A stretch of DNA of 36,695 nt, taken from assembly GCA_002269645.1 (NCBI GenBank), contig NIVC01000142.1:810493-847187 (forward strand), in the 5' to 3' direction. Within the stretch, counting starts at the first letter, position 1, and each line of letters starts with the position of its first letter. Of this stretch, positions 35,040 through 36,695 are shown in pieces. The stretch is from Macrostomum lignano. Its lineage: Eukaryota. A model generated the notes under the pieces. The model did not search any database. It was given only the letters and a program-made list of their open reading frames with translations, and was not told where the DNA came from. A program made the position numbers and the translations under genes.

Positions 35040-35947
35040 ATGTCGGTCCATTCCCATGAGGCAGCCAGCGACGAAACGGATCGCCTATGCGATGATACGA
35101 TTGAACTGATCGGCTCATTCGGCCGAATGCTGGCTAAAGCCAGGGCGGCCAGGACGGCTGCTGCAGCCAGCCCCGCCTGTCCGTGCGGTCGGAGCGTCGA
35201 GAGGCACCAGCAGAATCATAATCCGGCCGCGACGGGCCGTCAGCAGCAACGCTAGCAACCTGGACGATGCAAAAAATATTCAGCAGCCAGCTGGCCGGGT
35301 GCTGACGTCGCCTAACGAGATTCGACTGCTTCTCCGACTTGAGTCCTGGATCGGCGACAACGGTACGCTTGTTGTGAAGCCCAGCCTGCACCGGAGCAGC
35401 TGGCGACCATTGAGGCTGCAACTTTGGCAACAACAGTACGCTGCAGCCAGCGCAAGGCCAAATCTATAGCGACAGCTTTGAGAACGCCGCCGATGACATT
35501 TGTGCCGGCTGCGGTGACGGCTGCGACGGTGACTGCTGCGAAGCCAACGAGGATGAGCAGCTGGAGTTAGCGCAGGTGGCGCCGGACCCTGTGGAGCAGC
35601 CGGCAGAGCATCGTCAGCAGCGCCGACTGCAGAAGTTGCGCAAGGAGACACAGCCTCCTCCGGAGCTGTCAGCTGTCAGCATCGTCAAGCCGTCGCGTCA
35701 GCAGCTACTGCAGCAACGTCGCGAACGCCTGCAGGCTAAGCGATCGGCGTCGGCCACCAAAGCAAGCAGCAGCGGCAAGGCTGTCGGCAGCAGCAGAACG
35801 CGTCGGGACCTTGCCTCAGTTCCAGCCTCCGACCAGCAGCAACAGCAGTCACGTCGAAAGCTGTCGCGCGGCGGTGCGGCAGATTCCACCTCTCTGATCG
35901 AGAAGCTGTACCGTCTGCTCAGTGCCGAGATGAAGCAGTCTGGCTAG
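35040..35947 (+). CDS. Orphan low-complexity protein (~300 aa), apparently intronless, broken by frameshifts
   Basis: GC-rich coding-like block between an AG-preceded ATG (35040) and TAG (35947). Open segments in successive frames: MSVHSHEAASDETDRLCDDTIELIGSF..; ..VLTSPNEIRLLLRLESWIGDNG..; ..IYSDSFENAADDICAGCGDGCDGDCCE..SLIEKLYRLLSAEMKQSG*. No family recognised. Confidence 0.5.
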
Positions 35948-36695
35948 GCCGATTCAACAATACAAGCCCCAAGTTGTTTGGAATTTCTGATTCATTTATT
36001 TACGGTTGAAGCGAAATCTTTTGACCTCAAAGTTTTTTCATCAGAATTTCTTTGGCAAAGTGATTTTTTATTTATTTGTATTGAAAACAAGTAAAAGATA
36101 AACTGACTCATGCAATAAACGACAATTGGCTAAGCGCCACAAGCTTGCCCTACGAGTTCAACTCGTGTTCCTTCGCAGCATTCCTGCAGAAAAAAAAGTA
36201 AATCGCCCTGTAAATGCGCATATTACGCTCATAGCTAGTTTTTCGATTATTTTATTTTTTCTGGGTGTGCATATTTTGTTTTGACGTTAACCGCGTCCAG
36301 AACTACAAAAATTAGGGCAGTTAAATGAGTTAATTATCGGGATGCTGCTGACATGTAGCCTAATTAAGCATTACGTTACTTTGAGACTTACTGCCGAACC
36401 AAATTCATTCTCGCGACCTGATGGCGGCAAACGCCAGCTTTCGTCAAAGCCTCGGTGCACTACCAACGTTTCCTATCGGTCCGTATTGGATACAATATAC
36501 TCGCTTCGACTGGATTCTGAAATCAACCGACAATGATTAAAGAATATAAATAAGAACGTTGCGGTGGGCCGGGAGCGATTCTTCCGGGCACAACATCCTT
36601 TACATGCAAGTCATTATTGTGAGTTGCTAAATACGATTTTTTACTTTCAGTTGTTAGTTTGCTTAGGTATTTGATCGAGGTTTGCTTTCATTTTT

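Overview
Eukaryotic (metazoan, intron-containing) genomic DNA; no prokaryotic features. GC-rich exons, minisatellite-filled introns and recurrent 1-nt deletions suggest a long-read assembly of a flatworm such as Macrostomum (inference, not verified). Five genes can be built by hand: a 7-exon SLC7/LAT-family amino-acid transporter (- strand, 5-4969), an ankyrin-repeat gene (+, ~10097-13861), exosome subunit RRP4/EXOSC2 (+, 20937-24172), GARP subunit VPS54 (+, 24726-31578, starting 553 bp after the RRP4 stop) and an orphan GC-rich gene (+, 35040-35947). AT-rich intergenic blocks hold DNA-transposon remnants: an internally deleted piggyBac, two mariner derivatives (one with intact TIRs and TA TSD), PIF/Harbinger-like MITEs and a possible Crypton-like fragment. 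Main patterns: (1) all five start codons lie 1-28 nt downstream of a 3' splice acceptor, compatible with spliced-leader trans-splicing and an RRP4-VPS54 operon; (2) most long introns and two 3' flanks each carry their own unrelated minisatellite, two of them packed with the 5' splice-site consensus GTGAGT; (3) four single-base frameshifts in otherwise intact conserved genes. Most long ORFs in the supplied track are artefacts of the tandem repeats. No clearly new biological system is demonstrable from sequence alone; the findings are testable hypotheses.
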